A stretch of DNA of 64,000 nucleotides from Marsupella aquatica (GCA_973895155.1 OZ316891.1:12026771-12090770); one strand, 5' to 3'; positions 12,642-26,030 are shown, counted from the first letter of the stretch. Translations and numbers: made by a program. The notes: a model not told the origin generated them from the letters alone.

Positions 12642-14670
12642 CTGTGAGATAGATTCGTTGTGTCCGTTTAATACAGAACTTGTATAAAGTATCTCTCAAT
12701 CATGCCTCTACCTCATTATATGCTACCTACAACAGATTACCTCCCGCTTTAGATAGAATGTCGAATTAATCTGGTGTGCCAAGCAGCCAGTTTGTATGTC
12801 TGAAAGTCTAATATTGACTCGCAAGGTCCCTCAGGTCCCGAAATGTGCTTCGGATAGTTCAACGTAACGTTCTAACTCTGGCCACAGCCCCACCTTTATA
12901 TGTTATGGGGTTGTCAAATCTGTGAAAGATAAGGTCTTCGCATCTACTGCTCTTTGTTTTGAGCATCACAAATAACATCCAGAAGAACAAACGATGAGCT
13001 GTGAACTCTGCGTTATTGAGCATAGCCGGTATTAATAGATAGAATCAGATATCCACGGGGTCAGGAGGGAACAAAGATTATTCTAGCGAAGCTTGGGCCA
13101 CGTGCTCGGAGATTGTGAAACTACTCCCATGTATCATAGAGCTCGGATAACTGCAGCCTTAAATATATCATAAATTATCTGGAGCTTTGATTACTTTAAG
13201 TGCAGTGTCACAAGAGCATTAAGCTTGACCCTGTTGTTTGTGATGTCCGGGATTGCTTTAAACTTAGCACAGGCCAGTTCTGAATTTATGAAAATACCAT
13301 ACATTTCCTCCAGTTCCGAATGGAAGGACAATGTCATGACTTCAAGCAGCCTCGTCTTGGAAAACAGGCTTGGTTTTAATCCAGGCTTTACGATTGCAAC
13401 CCCTCTTGATTCTTGCTAGAAATTGATCAATTGTTGATTGGCATTATTCTGTAGATTTGTCAATAGAACCAGACCATATGCAGTCTGCTAACATAAGACA
13501 GGAGACAGTTTTCAATTCACTCGGGGCCAACCTTCTCAAATTGTTGTTTCAGTTCCCACACTTTCGGTGAAATTTGCAAGTCTAGTCATTGAGAAGGGCA
13601 CAGCAACTGACTCCAGCAAAACAAATTCATTTTATGTTGAGCATTTGCCCTGGTTTAGAGTGCCCACTGCCACGTTCAAAGGTACACTCCTTTGGCACTT
13701 ATATACTCGATTCCCCAGCACAGCGATTCCCCAACACACAAACAAGATTACCATATGTCTAGGTATATCTTAGTTTGTTTGTCCACGAGGCATTCTCCCC
13801 TGGAGGGAAAATCAGGGGTAACATGGAAAATGTTCTGTGTTGTCGTGAGTGAACCCCTTGTCTCCGCTCGTAGCCACCAGCAGGGCAATGTGGCAATTAG
13901 GAGTGAAGTGGAGCGACTCAACTCATGTCCACCGTTGCCAGTGGGAGATGGACATATATGCCCTACTTGAGCCTGTACTTGAATCATAACTTCACTCCCT
14001 CACACTCTTTGCAACCTTGGTTTTTTTCACGGCCTTGGAGTTTCCTTACACTCTCACATCTGTATCCAAGGGTAAAAAAGTTGCAATAATGAAGCCAATA
14101 ATGCAATCACACTCAGACATGTACAAGGAACATTCTGGGGCCATAAAAGTACAGCGAGAGGGAGTTGAAGGATGCAAGTTGAAGGATGCAGGACAAAAGC
14201 AAATGAGGGTGCGAGGAAGACTTGTTCAGTCTTCTTGTGACCAAAGTGCTCTTTGGTCATGCTATGTTTACGACTGATCACTAGTGTATCTTGCAAAATT
14301 CCTGACGCATGGTTGCGTCATGTCAGCCCTCTTCACCACAAACACAAATGACAATGTCTGTGGTGACAAATAAACATGATCATTTGTGTTTATCGCAACA
14401 CCAGCAGAATTGGTTAGACCCGGAACCCTATAAACTAAGGAAAGTTCAAAATTAACATGCCAAACAACAAAGAGTGAGAGAAAATTGGGGACAAGAAAAG
14501 AAAGCAGGTGGAAGGTTAGGGTGGGCAAGATGAAAAGTGTTCTTCGATGAGACCCATGAGTGATCCAGACAGTTTGTAGTACACCTAAATCAATGTCCCC
14601 AAAATCCCATCTCAAAGGTTTGGTTGGGGAGAAAACTTTGGTTTAGGGCTCCATCAAGCAATTGCCTCTA

Positions 14671-14939
14671 CAGTGAACTCTAGCTAAATGCACATTCCAT
14701 AAGTGCTTACCCTCTAATAGTGCAAGCCATCTTGTTCTTCCCTTATTTTTTTACACATGATTAGCACTTTTTAAGCATTTTTTCTAAGCGCACACAGGGT
14801 TAAAATCATTTCACTAATCTACAACTTTATAAGTGCTTACCCTTGATAAGTGCTTGTATGCGCTTCTATGTAAATGCATAAACTCCTGAAATCTCATTTA
14901 CCAATAAATGCATGGCCATTTTTAGTAGAGTATAGAATG
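14671..14939. mobile_element. Possible Tc1/mariner-like MITE
   Basis: TA-CAGTGAACTCTAGCTAAA start, weakly complementary ...TTTTAGTAGAGTATAGAATG-TA end, internal repeats of ATAAGTGCTTACCCT. Confidence 0.25.
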
Positions 14940-15074
14940 TACTTAAGGAGTGTGGGCACAGAATTAGGGCAGGGAAACTAGGTACGAGGCTGACTACTCA
15001 CTGATGGAGGGGTCCACAAATTGTAGCTCGTGGATCATCAAGGTCACTGAATCTTGGTGTGATCTGGTATATTG

Positions 15075-15208
15075 TAAGTATCCTGCCTGGGGAGTACGTT
15101 TGCAAGAATGAACTCAAAGGAATTGATCAGGCCCGCACAAGCGGTAGAGCATGTGGTTTAATTCAATGCAACACAAAGAACTTTACCAGGGCTTGACATG
15201 CCGCGGAT
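15075..15208 (+). pseudogene. rrn16: Nuclear plastid insertion (NUPT): 16S rRNA fragment
   Basis: TAAGTATCCTGCCTGGGGAGTACGTTTGCAAGAATGAACTCAAAGGAATTGA...GCACAAGCGGTAGAGCATGTGGTTTAATTC...CCAGGGCTTGACATGCCGCG matches the chloroplast-type 16S conserved region, with substitutions and indels. Confidence 0.9.
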
Positions 15209-16984
15209 AGTTTTGAAAAGAAAGAGTATTTACAATGTGCATTGGGAGTTTTGAAGTCACTATCCTTGTTCATTGATTTCAATTTGTGGTGCTCAATCTG
15301 CCATAGCCCACACAAGTTGGTCTCAAATCCCTGTAAACCCTGGATAATCACACATTTAACAAACCAATCGAAATGAATCACATCCATCCATCCATCCATT
15401 AGTGTACTTGTGAGGGGATGTGCTCTTATCAAGACATGCAACACCTAGTTTAGTGCACGCCAGATCTCTCTAAGTTTACAGTACTAATGTTTACCTAGTT
15501 TAGCCACGCCCTACATTTTTGAAAAAATCACCGTGTCTCGTAAAATCCTCGGTTACCGTACCGTCCTGGTCACCTGGACATGAGTACCTGAGTCTGCCGT
15601 CTCAGACGACGACAACACATCTGTAGAGACGCTCAGAGGCATTCGTTCTGACCGGTCATCTGAATAATGGAGGGCCGAGATTGCAAGAACTCAAGAACGC
15701 TTTCTTCGGAGTTCAGTGGGCCCAAGAATTTGTTTACGCGCGGGACTTCTCCTCGTGCAGTCTTCACTCTTCGGTTAGTCTTTGGTGAGTATTGAGTCTT
15801 CGCTTCACTGCTCTTGGAAATCTCGTCAGTTTGACATGAATTGCTTTTCTTTTCTTTGCTCGTCTCTGCGCTCGTGTGGAGATGACCTCTTTGCCGTTGT
15901 TTCGAGTATGTTTTCGTAAGAAGGCGAGGAGGGGTGCATGCTTCCTTGGACATCACTCGAACTTCTCCTTTAAATGATTTCATTGTTATGTGATGGAAAT
16001 CGCGCTTTCTGCTTTCTCTCGCGTTTCTGTTTCATGTTTCTGAGTCGAAGGTTAGAAGGCAGGCGGAATGCTGAGTGTCTTCAATGAGATGAGGCGACGA
16101 AGCTGCTCGATTACCAGCGGCTGCGATTTTGGGGCAGGGCATTAAAAATACGACCGGTTTGCGCTTGGCATTGTTCACACAATCGGCCTAAATGAGTCTT
16201 GATCGCCGACGCCGTTACAGTACAGTACTATAGAATTCTTGCTCTGGTCATGATCTCGAATGCCGGTTTTGAAGAGAAGTGTTCAAGACTCTTGTGGATT
16301 CATCATTTGACTGTTGACAGTATCTCAACACTCATCATGCGCGCTTGCGAGCGACACCCGGATGCCGAGTTAATCAAAATCGTCTTGAAATGAGTAGATC
16401 ACAACTGATAACGCTTGTTGTCGAATCACTCCAGGACATGCGACTGGCATTTCCGTCCCGGAATGAGATTTGTCCAAATGTCTACACGGTTCTCACAGGT
16501 CATATCCCGCCGCGTCTTGTCCATCTCAAGCGTTTGTTTTGCGTCTATATAGGCAATCGATCTTAGATTGTACACATCGCAGACGCTGTCCACCGTGAGT
16601 TGATAATTGCAACGGCGTCGCCCTGTGTCCCGTCGTCCTCCGCGGCTCCTGCTTTTTCTACAACTATTCATATTTATTTCGAATGCATCCTCCTTAGTGA
16701 ATCCAAAGCTATTACGGCCCGAGTCTTTCTCCATCGTTCCTTCGCTTAGCCAGATATTGATTCAGATCTCTCGATGCTTGTTGCAGCGACATCTCGGGCT
16801 TTTCCCTGCAATTCTCTCATGCCTACACGTAGCTCGATAGTAAGTTGAAGTCATCCAATTAATTAATGTGCATGTTGTTCTTTTCCACTCGCATCCCTTC
16901 TCCAGCTTTTCATAATTTCTCCAATCCACACCTTGTGTAGGAGTTCACTCCCTTGAAACTTGAAATTCTACTGTAAGTGAAAAC

Positions 16985-18235
16985 ATGAGCGTCATTACAG
17001 ACGCGCCAGAGCAAAATCTTCCTCACGTCCATATTTCTGCTGTTCCTACGAGTGTCCCCGGACCTGGTGAACGGAATTATTTGGACTTGGTGCCCATGCA
17101 TTCGGATTCGGTACCGTTGCTTGCGGATGGTGGGGGACTTGTATCAAAGATCTCGCCTGTTGACGTTGAGGAGGCTATCTCCGGTGTGACTGACGTACAA
17201 CGTCCGTTCTCTTTGGCCGATCATCACGATGGGGAGCGCAAACATGGGCCTTCTGACGCACCGCTTTTAGTGAGGTGTCCCAGAGGAGGTTTGCTGAGGT
17301 TAGGATTCGCATCTTGTGATTTGGCTGGTGGCTCTTGGCAACTGTTACCATTTTCTGTTCTTGTGCCGCGACCACCAGCCGATTTCGCCGGTACCTTCGA
17401 TAGAATTTACAGCGGAGGCGGTCTGGTGCTGATGGAGAAGTTCGCGAAACAGCAGTACCTCCTCGTCGTCAGCAATCCGGCGAGCAACTCACAGCGCCAG
17501 TTGCCGCCAATGATGGAATTCTCCAAACCAGAAATTCTCGGAATTTTCGTCGATAATGCGACGGCGAGTTACAAAATTCCCGTCGTTCAACGCAAGTACA
17601 ATGAAAAGGAGATGGATTTGGTCCTACTGCAGGAGTACGATTCCATCTCGAACTCTTGGGAATTCGCTGGACAATGGAGGAATAGATTTCAAGTGGAGCC
17701 AGTTGGAGCTGTGTACGTGAATGAAGCTCTGTTCTTTCTGACTTACGATAGGCAGACGCATGACGAGGGAAGACAGCAACCTGTTCATCACATCTACTAT
17801 CTCAACGATTATGTGTGGGAGAGGCTGGAGTTACCGTTGGGGCTGGGCTTCCCTGCCATCTTTGAATACAGAGGTAGGCTGATGCTCGCAGGTAGCCTGC
17901 ACTGTGGCGACTTGGACAACGGGGACGGCTCCTCCGCTGAGCAATCGGTGTTCATCTGGGAGCACGAATGGTCGCTCATGAGGTGGAAGGAAGTGTGCAA
18001 CATGCCAGGTCCGTGGGTTGACGAGCTCTACAAATGCGCTCCTGAGGAGGGCAGATGTACGCTGGAAGTCACAGCGGCCGGCAATTTCGTGTGTGTTGCG
18101 AGCTCCAATGGGAAGGTAACTAAATGCGATATAACCAAAAATGAATGGGCCTGGTTATCGAAATGCGACCTTCCGAAGTACGCGGATGGTGACAGCATGT
18201 TGCTCCTTGAACGGAGGCCCGATATCCCCGTATAG
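16985..18235 (+). CDS. F-box-associated/kelch-like beta-propeller protein (416 aa, intronless), no recognisable F-box
   Basis: Motifs GGGLVL...LVVSNPASNSQRQLPPM, YDSISNSW, AVYVNEALFFL, PAIFEYRGRLMLAG, VFIWE...WKEVCNMP, CDITKNEWAWL, typical of the plant F-box/kelch-like family C-terminal region. Confidence 0.8.
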   Translation: MSVITDAPEQNLPHVHISAVPTSVPGPGERNYLDLVPMHSDSVPLLADGGGLVSKISPVDVEEAISGVTDVQRPFSLADHHDGERKHGPSDAPLLVRCPRGGLLRLGFASCDLAGGSWQLLPFSVLVPRPPADFAGTFDRIYSGGGLVLMEKFAKQQYLLVVSNPASNSQRQLPPMMEFSKPEILGIFVDNATASYKIPVVQRKYNEKEMDLVLLQEYDSISNSWEFAGQWRNRFQVEPVGAVYVNEALFFLTYDRQTHDEGRQQPVHHIYYLNDYVWERLELPLGLGFPAIFEYRGRLMLAGSLHCGDLDNGDGSSAEQSVFIWEHEWSLMRWKEVCNMPGPWVDELYKCAPEEGRCTLEVTAAGNFVCVASSNGKVTKCDITKNEWAWLSKCDLPKYADGDSMLLLERRPDIPV

Positions 18236-19756
18236 ATAATTTATTGACATCCGGTTGCTCGTGTTTTCCGTGAACGAGCGTCTAACCGTGTTAGTGATTT
18301 ACTATTGTGTTCCGATCTCATCTGCACACGACTCTTCAATCTTTTGGATCTTGATCTATGCCCCAAACGACGTTAAGGGAACTTCAACTTCTTTTTACCA
18401 AATCTCCTGCATGCCAAGGCCATGTACATAATTAATACAGGTGAGATTATGTCTTGAAGATCCTCTGCGTTGTGAGGACTATGCACTAGGTTTTTGCTCT
18501 GACGTAATTGGTGCCAGTCTCCGAGGCTTCATTGGAAGTTGTGCTATGAGTTGACTCATGTCTCCGATGTTCAGTCTATAAATTTTGAGATAGTGACAGC
18601 TTTCTGGCAGTTTAATACCCGGTTCACTGAGCTCGACAGGGATTTCGAACGAATTAAAACCAAAGCGGAAAGGCAACCTACTTGGTTTATAGTAGAACCT
18701 CTTCGATACCCACGATGAAGGGATTACATGTTCAGGGAGATTGGTCGAATTTCCTTGTACCTTATCAAAGCTGCTCAGCAGACATCTCCTTAAATGTGTT
18801 ATTTTCGTCGATTTTGTTTTCCTTGAACGAGGCAAAGTATTACTCTTGGGAATTTCTTGAACGAGCCACATTGCACCACAGATATTCTGCTCTCGGTAAG
18901 TGACAGATTTCCTTAATGTACATGACCAGGAGAAAACATATAGGATTTTCACGATTAGTTAAAGATAGGTTGACATTCAAGACTGACATGGTACATAAAT
19001 TCTTAACGAGATCTAGGTGTAGTAAGTCACAATCCCTACGGTGGTTAATTTCCCAAGTTATTATTATTGCTCCACACTCTTCTAAATTCATGCGCGTGAT
19101 CTTTCTTTGTACCATTTGAACGCAGTATCTCGACCCTTCAATTCACAGCGGAGGGAAGAAATCGTCGCATCTAGAAATCCTTGACGCAATCGTCGATGAA
19201 CTCAAACTGTCTGCTGTGTACTGTAGTTATCTAATTCCATAAGTATGTTCCGTCAATAGTCCTTTGAAACCAGGCTTAATACCTGGAGTTATGGCACCTC
19301 ACAGCTGTGCGCAAGCTTTTCCGCTTCAATGCATGGTCGGATGTACTGGCCGTGTTACTATTTCGCTTCAGCTATCAATAGTTGTTGCGCTGGGCTTCCG
19401 TCCTACATTATTGTTCAATATTCAGCGGCGGGCCGGCGGCGCACAAACATTCTCATTACCGAATTACTCTTCAAGCATTAAATGCATGGCGGATGGTGGC
19501 TCACTTCCGTGCAAGCGTCGAAGTTAGTTTGCTGGTGTGAGGAAAAGTAGAATGGCTATGGTTACTTGGAAAGGCGGAATATGGTAGTTGCGCAATCCCT
19601 AATATCCCTAATATCTAGGAAGCCAGGAAATTGCCACTTATGAATCTGAGATCGCTACATGTGAACGTGCTAGCGAGAACCCAGGTTTTCCATGAATTTG
19701 TGAGGACGACAAAAAAGGTTGAGGGCGATGATTGTAGACGAGATAAACAGAAATGT

Positions 19757-20208
19757 TGTTAGTTGAAAACCAATTCAACTTTCTTATTATCACTCTAAAC
19801 AGACAGGTACTCCAAACCTGGAGACCAGACCAGAATCTCATACTAGGCCAAAACCAGGAGACAAGATCAGAGGCCAAAAAACCCAATAAAGGGAAGGAAC
19901 GGGAAAGACCCCAAGAATACCAGGGAGACAAGATCTCATAGGCCAATAAACACAATAAAGGGAAGGAAAGTGAAAAGACACTAGAGAGGCCAAACAAAGA
20001 GAGGCCAAACAAAACAAGTGGAATCCCACAAAAACAATTGGACTGAAAACTGAAATGCCTGGTCGAGTTCCAAGAGTCACCCTACTCAGGTCTTGGTTTC
20101 AGGTATCCAGCGGGTCCAAACTCCTGGCTGGGAACCAGAAGGTCTCGAGTAGGACACTCTTGGGGTTAGGGGTGTCCTACTCGAGTAGGACACTGAGTGG
20201 TGGTGACA
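19757..20208. repeat. Repeat remnant, possibly a solo LTR
   Basis: TGTTAG...GGTGACA ends, internal repeats (AATAAAGGGAAGGAA x2, GAGAGGCCAAACAAA x2, CTCGAGTAGGACACT x2). No TSD found. Confidence 0.3.
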
Positions 20209-21058
20209 TCTACGTCGATGAGATTCATTTGCTAAATTTGTATAAATCTTTACTATCGACAGGACAGGAGGGATTCAGTGAGGCCCAGTCTCCTCCGAGC
20301 TGAACAGACGGTTGCGTTGAAGAGATTTGGCTACAGTAGTTGATTGCTTTTCATATTACAGAATTCAATTCTCCTTAAGTCAGAAGTTGGATAAGAAAAC
20401 TCCGTGCTGATGGAAGTGTTATCTTACCTGGAAAGCCTGGAGAACTTTAGTTCCCATTTTATGCATCATTCTAGCATGGCTTTCATACCTCACGATGCCC
20501 ACAACTCTAGGTAACCCATTGCGAAAATATTAGCCCACCTGGACGTCTGCAAACCAGCGTGTCTCCTGTGTTTGTGATTGGAACGGGGATTGGAAGTGCT
20601 ATCGACCAAGAGCAGAGTTTCGTGAATGTTCTACTTTCATCAGACAATCGCAACAGACGTGTCCTTCTTTTCTAGTAACTGTGTTCAGATAGGGTTGTCC
20701 AGTGTCGTCCATCCCTTCGTGGACGAAGTAGCTATCGAAACTGCAAGTATGAGAGGTCACATCTAGAGACCCGCCCTACATGTGGGTCAACGACAGATCG
20801 ACTATTGATCTCTACGGCAAACATTTGTTATCAGTCACCAGAATGATGTGAGTATTTACAACTACAGTATCCTTGGTTACAGCGTCTATCCGCATCTCTC
20901 GATATTAATAAAGGTTTACAGGAGTTAGAACGATCTACAGCTAGATTAGGAGCAGCGATGTTATCAGCAGGGTAAGTCGCCATTATCAACTAGTCAGTGC
21001 ATGCACACAGTTATTGCTTCTTTCCCGTCCTTGAGTTGGATTACTTAGCTGTACCTAG

Positions 21059-24000
21059 CTAGGTATTTGGCCACGTAGCGGTCCCGTTCGGCCATGTTGT
21101 ACCAAGCCACTGCCCGTCGTTCACGAAGTTCAAGCCCAAGTACGGTAGCACGTCGGTGTCGGTGAGGAGCTTAGCCCACGGCGCTCGATGTGAGAGATTC
21201 GCTCCAGGCCCAGTCAATTGGTATTGGCCGAAAAACGTCGTGCTACAAAATTCTCAGACAACGAAAACTGTCAGCAGATTCAATATCGAGAGAATTGAAA
21301 GTTCAAGCATAATAATTGTACATAGCTAGAAGGCCGGGTGACGAGCTCTCGTTGGAGCACGCCATCAGTTACATAGGCCAGCCTGCCCGACATGATGATA
21401 CAACATGTCGAATTGTCGCCCGTGATTCACGACATTCAGAAGTTCTCTGAACCTCAGAAGAGCGGTGGAGGCAATGATTTAAGTACTATATCGTCCTGGG
21501 GAACACATGTTATAAATTGTCCTGGGGAACACATGTTATAAATTGTCCTGGGGAACACGTATTATAAGCTCTGACAATACTTGAAGTTAGCTCATCATTT
21601 CGGCACCAATCCACAGATAGGCTGTTCAATTAATTCATTCTGGTATTCGTTTCAATTACTGGGTATGTAAGTCGTTGATGGTGCTTTATCTGCCGTTTGT
21701 GAGCTGCTCCCGAAGTTTTCTCTAGCAAATTTACTTTTAACTCTCGTTCCTGCTCGATATATCAGTTCGAAGGGAAACTGTGGACGAACAATGCTGTAGC
21801 TGGTGGTGGGTTCAGTGCAAATATACGTTTTCTAATAATGTACTGCATGCATGGTTGAGAATCCTAAATCTTGAATGAAGGGAAACGAACGAGTTCAGTA
21901 CTTGCGAAGCTTTTGGAAAGTCAGAGGCTTCAGCACCTCAACAACTATGAAGGACAGCTCGGGAAGTCGGGAATGTTATCCCGAGTTGTCCTCACAAAAA
22001 TCCCAGGAATGAGGACAGCGGTCCTTTGAGTGCGGGAGTGATTGTTTTGATTTCTTCCAAACATTAGAGAGAAATAAGTCGCTTCATCAAAAAGCTCTGG
22101 CAGAGAAATAAACGAAGCCCATAAGAGCTTTCCTCCGTCCATTTTTGGGAGAGAGTAGAGTGACCCTTCAAATGTTATCGTGAATAAAGAACAACGAGGG
22201 TTCGCCCAAACGTTTAGCAACACTCAGGATGGAACCCTGGTCTCGGTGTCTGTAATTAATGAGATCAAGCAATAACTGGAGTTTGAGCCGTCACTAGCGT
22301 CAGTGGTTCCAATAACAGCTCGTTTATGGCGACGATCATCAACATTTCCAGTCAAGCAACGATCGAAGACGGAGGATATTGGTGAGTAAGGCACCTTTGT
22401 CTTCGGGGATCGCCAAAGTCGCTCCATCCTTCAGCAGAGATGATGTCATCCAAGTATGTACGCGCGAACACTATGCGGGCGTAGGGTGACCATGCGCGTC
22501 CAAGATAGAGCGTCCCCGAACCCGTCACAGAACACCGGTCGAACGAAAAGCCAGTGTCGTCCTCCGGAGACAACCTCTGATGCGCAGCTATTGCCCCGAA
22601 TGATGTCGCGATTGAATGCAGATGGCATCCCTGAAGAGATTGTGGACAAGAAGAATTCAGACAAGAAGATCAATCCAGACACGAACAGGTAAACAGGGTT
22701 GTGCGAACTATTTAGTAAACACATTAGAGGGAAGGCAGATGATAACGACTTCCCAGTCAGTTTTACACCCTGTACATATCCATTTTTGAAAGTGGCTCAT
22801 TTTTGTTTGAGCTATCGTTTTGTAGGTGGCGACTTGTGGATTTGTAATTTAGAGCTGGCGCATAAACAGCTAATGATCCCTTTCGTTGTTCTCTGCAGTG
22901 ATATTAATTTCATACTTAGAATAATGCTCACATTCTTGACGAAATCTTCGCACAAGCCATTCAACGAATATATATAAAATCGATCGAAGCGCAGCCACGT
23001 ACCTCGAACAGCGAGCGACCATTCCCGAAAATGAAGTCAATTGAGCCTTCAATGTAGCAGTTCATATAGTAGTGGCGGCCAGCGTAGTCATAGAGAGTGT
23101 CCTGAGCTCCAAGGAAACTGCAGTGATAAAAGGCGGCTCTGTCTCCATTCATCAGAAACGCTACTGCTTGGGCTCCAACAGCACCCGGTTCTGGTGGCGG
23201 CGCGGAATTCTACAAGTTATCATCAAGAACGCTGATTGAGAGTCATTGAGGTGTTTTGCAGGTTTACTTTGATCGATCGGCTATAGAATGATAAAACGGC
23301 CCGGGTATTAATCTTACACATGTCTTCAACAGAGCACAATTGTTGACTTCATTGACAGAAGGCAACTGACCTCATTCCAAGGCAGACGAAGACGGCGAAA
23401 TAGTATTAATTATCATGACAGAGCAGAAGTACGAGTTCGAGCTTGCGGGCAACACTTGTACCAACGACGTCACGAACTGAGTCAAAATCCGAGAACCGAC
23501 CTGAAACACCATGTGCTGGGCGACGAAGCCGTCCGAAAGTATGGTCACGGAAGCGCTCTTCATTGTTCCGTACAGGGCCGACGAGGCGTTAAATTTACTT
23601 GTCGAGAATAGCACCTCGTATCTAGTCTCGTCAGATTCGTCATTGATTGTGCTGGCTGTAGAATTCCAGCTGACGACCGTCTCACCGCTCTCACCTCCAC
23701 CTCCATGAAAGGTTATGAACGGCTTGTTGTAGGGAACTAGGACCTTTTCCCTGCGTGCAGCCGTACAAAACTCATTCCGTAAGCGACATTCATCCGAACT
23801 ATCCGTAATGAATAAAACTCGATCGTATAGGTAGGCCAAACCAGTTCACAAACATTGACTGAGGACCCTCGACGATGTCAAGGCTGCTACATTCAAGCTG
23901 GACAGATGGAGGCTATCAATTTGTTCTGAAGCTAGCAGTAAAAATCACCAACTTCAAAGAATTTTTTCTGAGTTGGAAATCTATGCCAATCCAAGATCCT

Positions 24001-25501
24001 TAGCGCGTAATCTATGCCAATACATGTAACTTCAGAACTCAGACATGTAAGAGACTACATTCAACTCAAAAGTAAAAGCGCTAGCTCGTCGATCAGAATG
24101 AAAATCTTATAATTAAAGTATCCTTTCAAATATTTAGGAAGCGAAGCAATCTAAAGATCGTCTTGGAGTTCTACGCAAAGCAGCGCTCCTCCAGGATTCC
24201 TAATTACTGGCAGTCTAAAGGCCCGAAGCTGAGTAATTTCAGTATTACGTACCCCTCCTTTTGCTTGAGGTATAAATGACAGGGAACCACCGCAATGTAT
24301 ACCAAGTGAGGCTATTTCTATACGAAACCTCTGCTTTAATTTCTTACAAAGTACGTGGTGGAAAGTCTGCGGGAAACTTCTACATAATCATCGTCAGAAG
24401 TGTTCAGACATGTACATCTAATGCTGAAATTCACCTGTAAGTGCCAGCATTGATCCGAATGACGACGCGCTGCGTATTATATTCGGGAACGCTGTCAATA
24501 GCCTTTTGAAGGGAAGAGAAATCTGCATTCTCACCCTGAGAGACGGTAATTGTAATCAGCGGACCTCTTTCCATGGGCGGCGCTCTCCAGGTATGACCGT
24601 GGCTCGCGGTGCTGACATTTTCACCGACAATATCAACGGGAATGAGCTCACTACCTTCGAGGAGTTGGTGCGATTTCTCGTGCCCTGTATCATGTTCGCT
24701 CCCGAAAGATAGTCGTAGAAGTTTTCTTCCGAACAGTCCATTCCGAGAATAGTCATTCTCCTGGCCCAGTCTTCGCGATGCGGAGTGCACTGTCCCACTG
24801 CCAGCAGACGAGTTGCCGAAGTTGTTTCTCGACACAGAGTGGCGCGTAGATGAAAATTGCACAGAACCGTTTCGAGCTGTCGAGCCTAAAAGGCCAATCT
24901 CTTGCTTCGACAAGCTGGATATACCTTTAGGCAAAGATGAAGGGAGAGAATTACGACGAAAGGGACTGGAGTGGTTGGAGGAACTACGAACCAGGGATCG
25001 CGACAGAATCTGCTTTGCATCCGGAGTCCGCTGCCTCTGCGATCTTAGCCGATTGGTGCTTGACATTAAGAGCATGGATGTAGCGTCAGACTTGAGATTA
25101 TGATCGTCGTTAATATAGCTCGCAGTGAGAGCTGCGGATCTACGAACTACTCGAGAATCCGAGAGATTTGTACTTTGAGAACTGGCGTTTTCAGGTAGAC
25201 TGTTTTGTTTCGGCTGTCCATTTACAGACCTCACAGGGAAGACGAGCTCCTTTCGTGACCTCCTTGATAATCCATGTGGATCATGAACCACAATGGAGCA
25301 TCCTACTTGATGACCTAACCGACAATGAGCGGTGATCATCTTATTGGCCCTAATATTTTCTCCAGATGTTCCTAACTCTCGAATTGCATGAAGGGGAACC
25401 TGAATGCAGTCTGTGACAATGGCCAAGCGAGTTAATAGCAGTAACTCCAAAAGATGCGGAATTATGTGAGGTCCAGAATGTTTCCTCATTTGATTCCGCA
25501 T
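21059..25501 (-). CDS. Pectin methylesterase (pectinesterase, CE8); exons 25501-24435, 23750-23501, 23209-23003, 22630-22395, 21242-21059
   Basis: Spliced protein carries [49 protein letters not shown] and GPGAN motifs. Intron phases are consistent and there is an N-terminal hydrophobic segment. Confidence 0.92.
21493..21567. repeat. 26-bp tandem repeat x~3 in the last PME intron
   Basis: GTCCTGGGGAACACATGTTATAAATT repeated. Confidence 0.9.
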
Positions 25502-25786
25502 CGTAGCTACTGCGCGAATTGGCGAGCAAACAATGGACGCCTTGCCGGACGCAAAAGTAGTGAGTGGGAGTGATACCACTCTCTCATCTAGCTAGAACGA
25601 GAGAACCGTTGGGAAAATGATGTTTTCTATATAAGGACACAGAACGTCAAATGTTGTGTAGATTCAAATCCCGTTTCATAGACGACCTTCAGAAGAGGAC
25701 GACCACTGCGTACACGGAGCCAGCGAAAGCTCTAGCCAGCTGATCGAGAATATCAAACAGCTTTTCCGGGTTTCTGACCACTTCAT

Positions 25787-26030
25787 GCTGTCGGATTTGG
25801 TGCAATTTGGATTTGGTGCAATTTGGTAAGAGCAGGTACTTCACGCTGTCGGATTTGCTGCAATTTGGTAAGAGCAGGTCGTGAACGCATAAGGAGTCAG
25901 GCTAGGAGGTTCTCACGACCATGAAGTCTGAGCTCTAATCATTAGGAAGCTGCACGTCGCGTAAGACCAGATCGTGAACTTATAGAATCAGGAAGTTCTT
26001 ACGACCGTGAAGTTTTTGAGCTCTAATTAT
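25787..26030. repeat. Two pairs of short direct duplications upstream of PME
   Basis: GCTGTCGGATTTG.TGCAATTTGG...TAAGAGCAGGT x2; TCGTGAAC...GGA.GTTCT.ACGACC.TGAAGT...TGAGCTCTAAT x2. Confidence 0.7.

Noticed and set aside
15075-15208. Functional rRNA gene or bacterial contamination
   Set aside because: Only ~135 bp, mutated at conserved sites, plastid-type and embedded in nuclear repeat DNA
25502-25579. GTG start for the PME ORF
   Set aside because: Eukaryotic gene; the first in-frame ATG is at 25501, ahead of the hydrophobic signal-like segment
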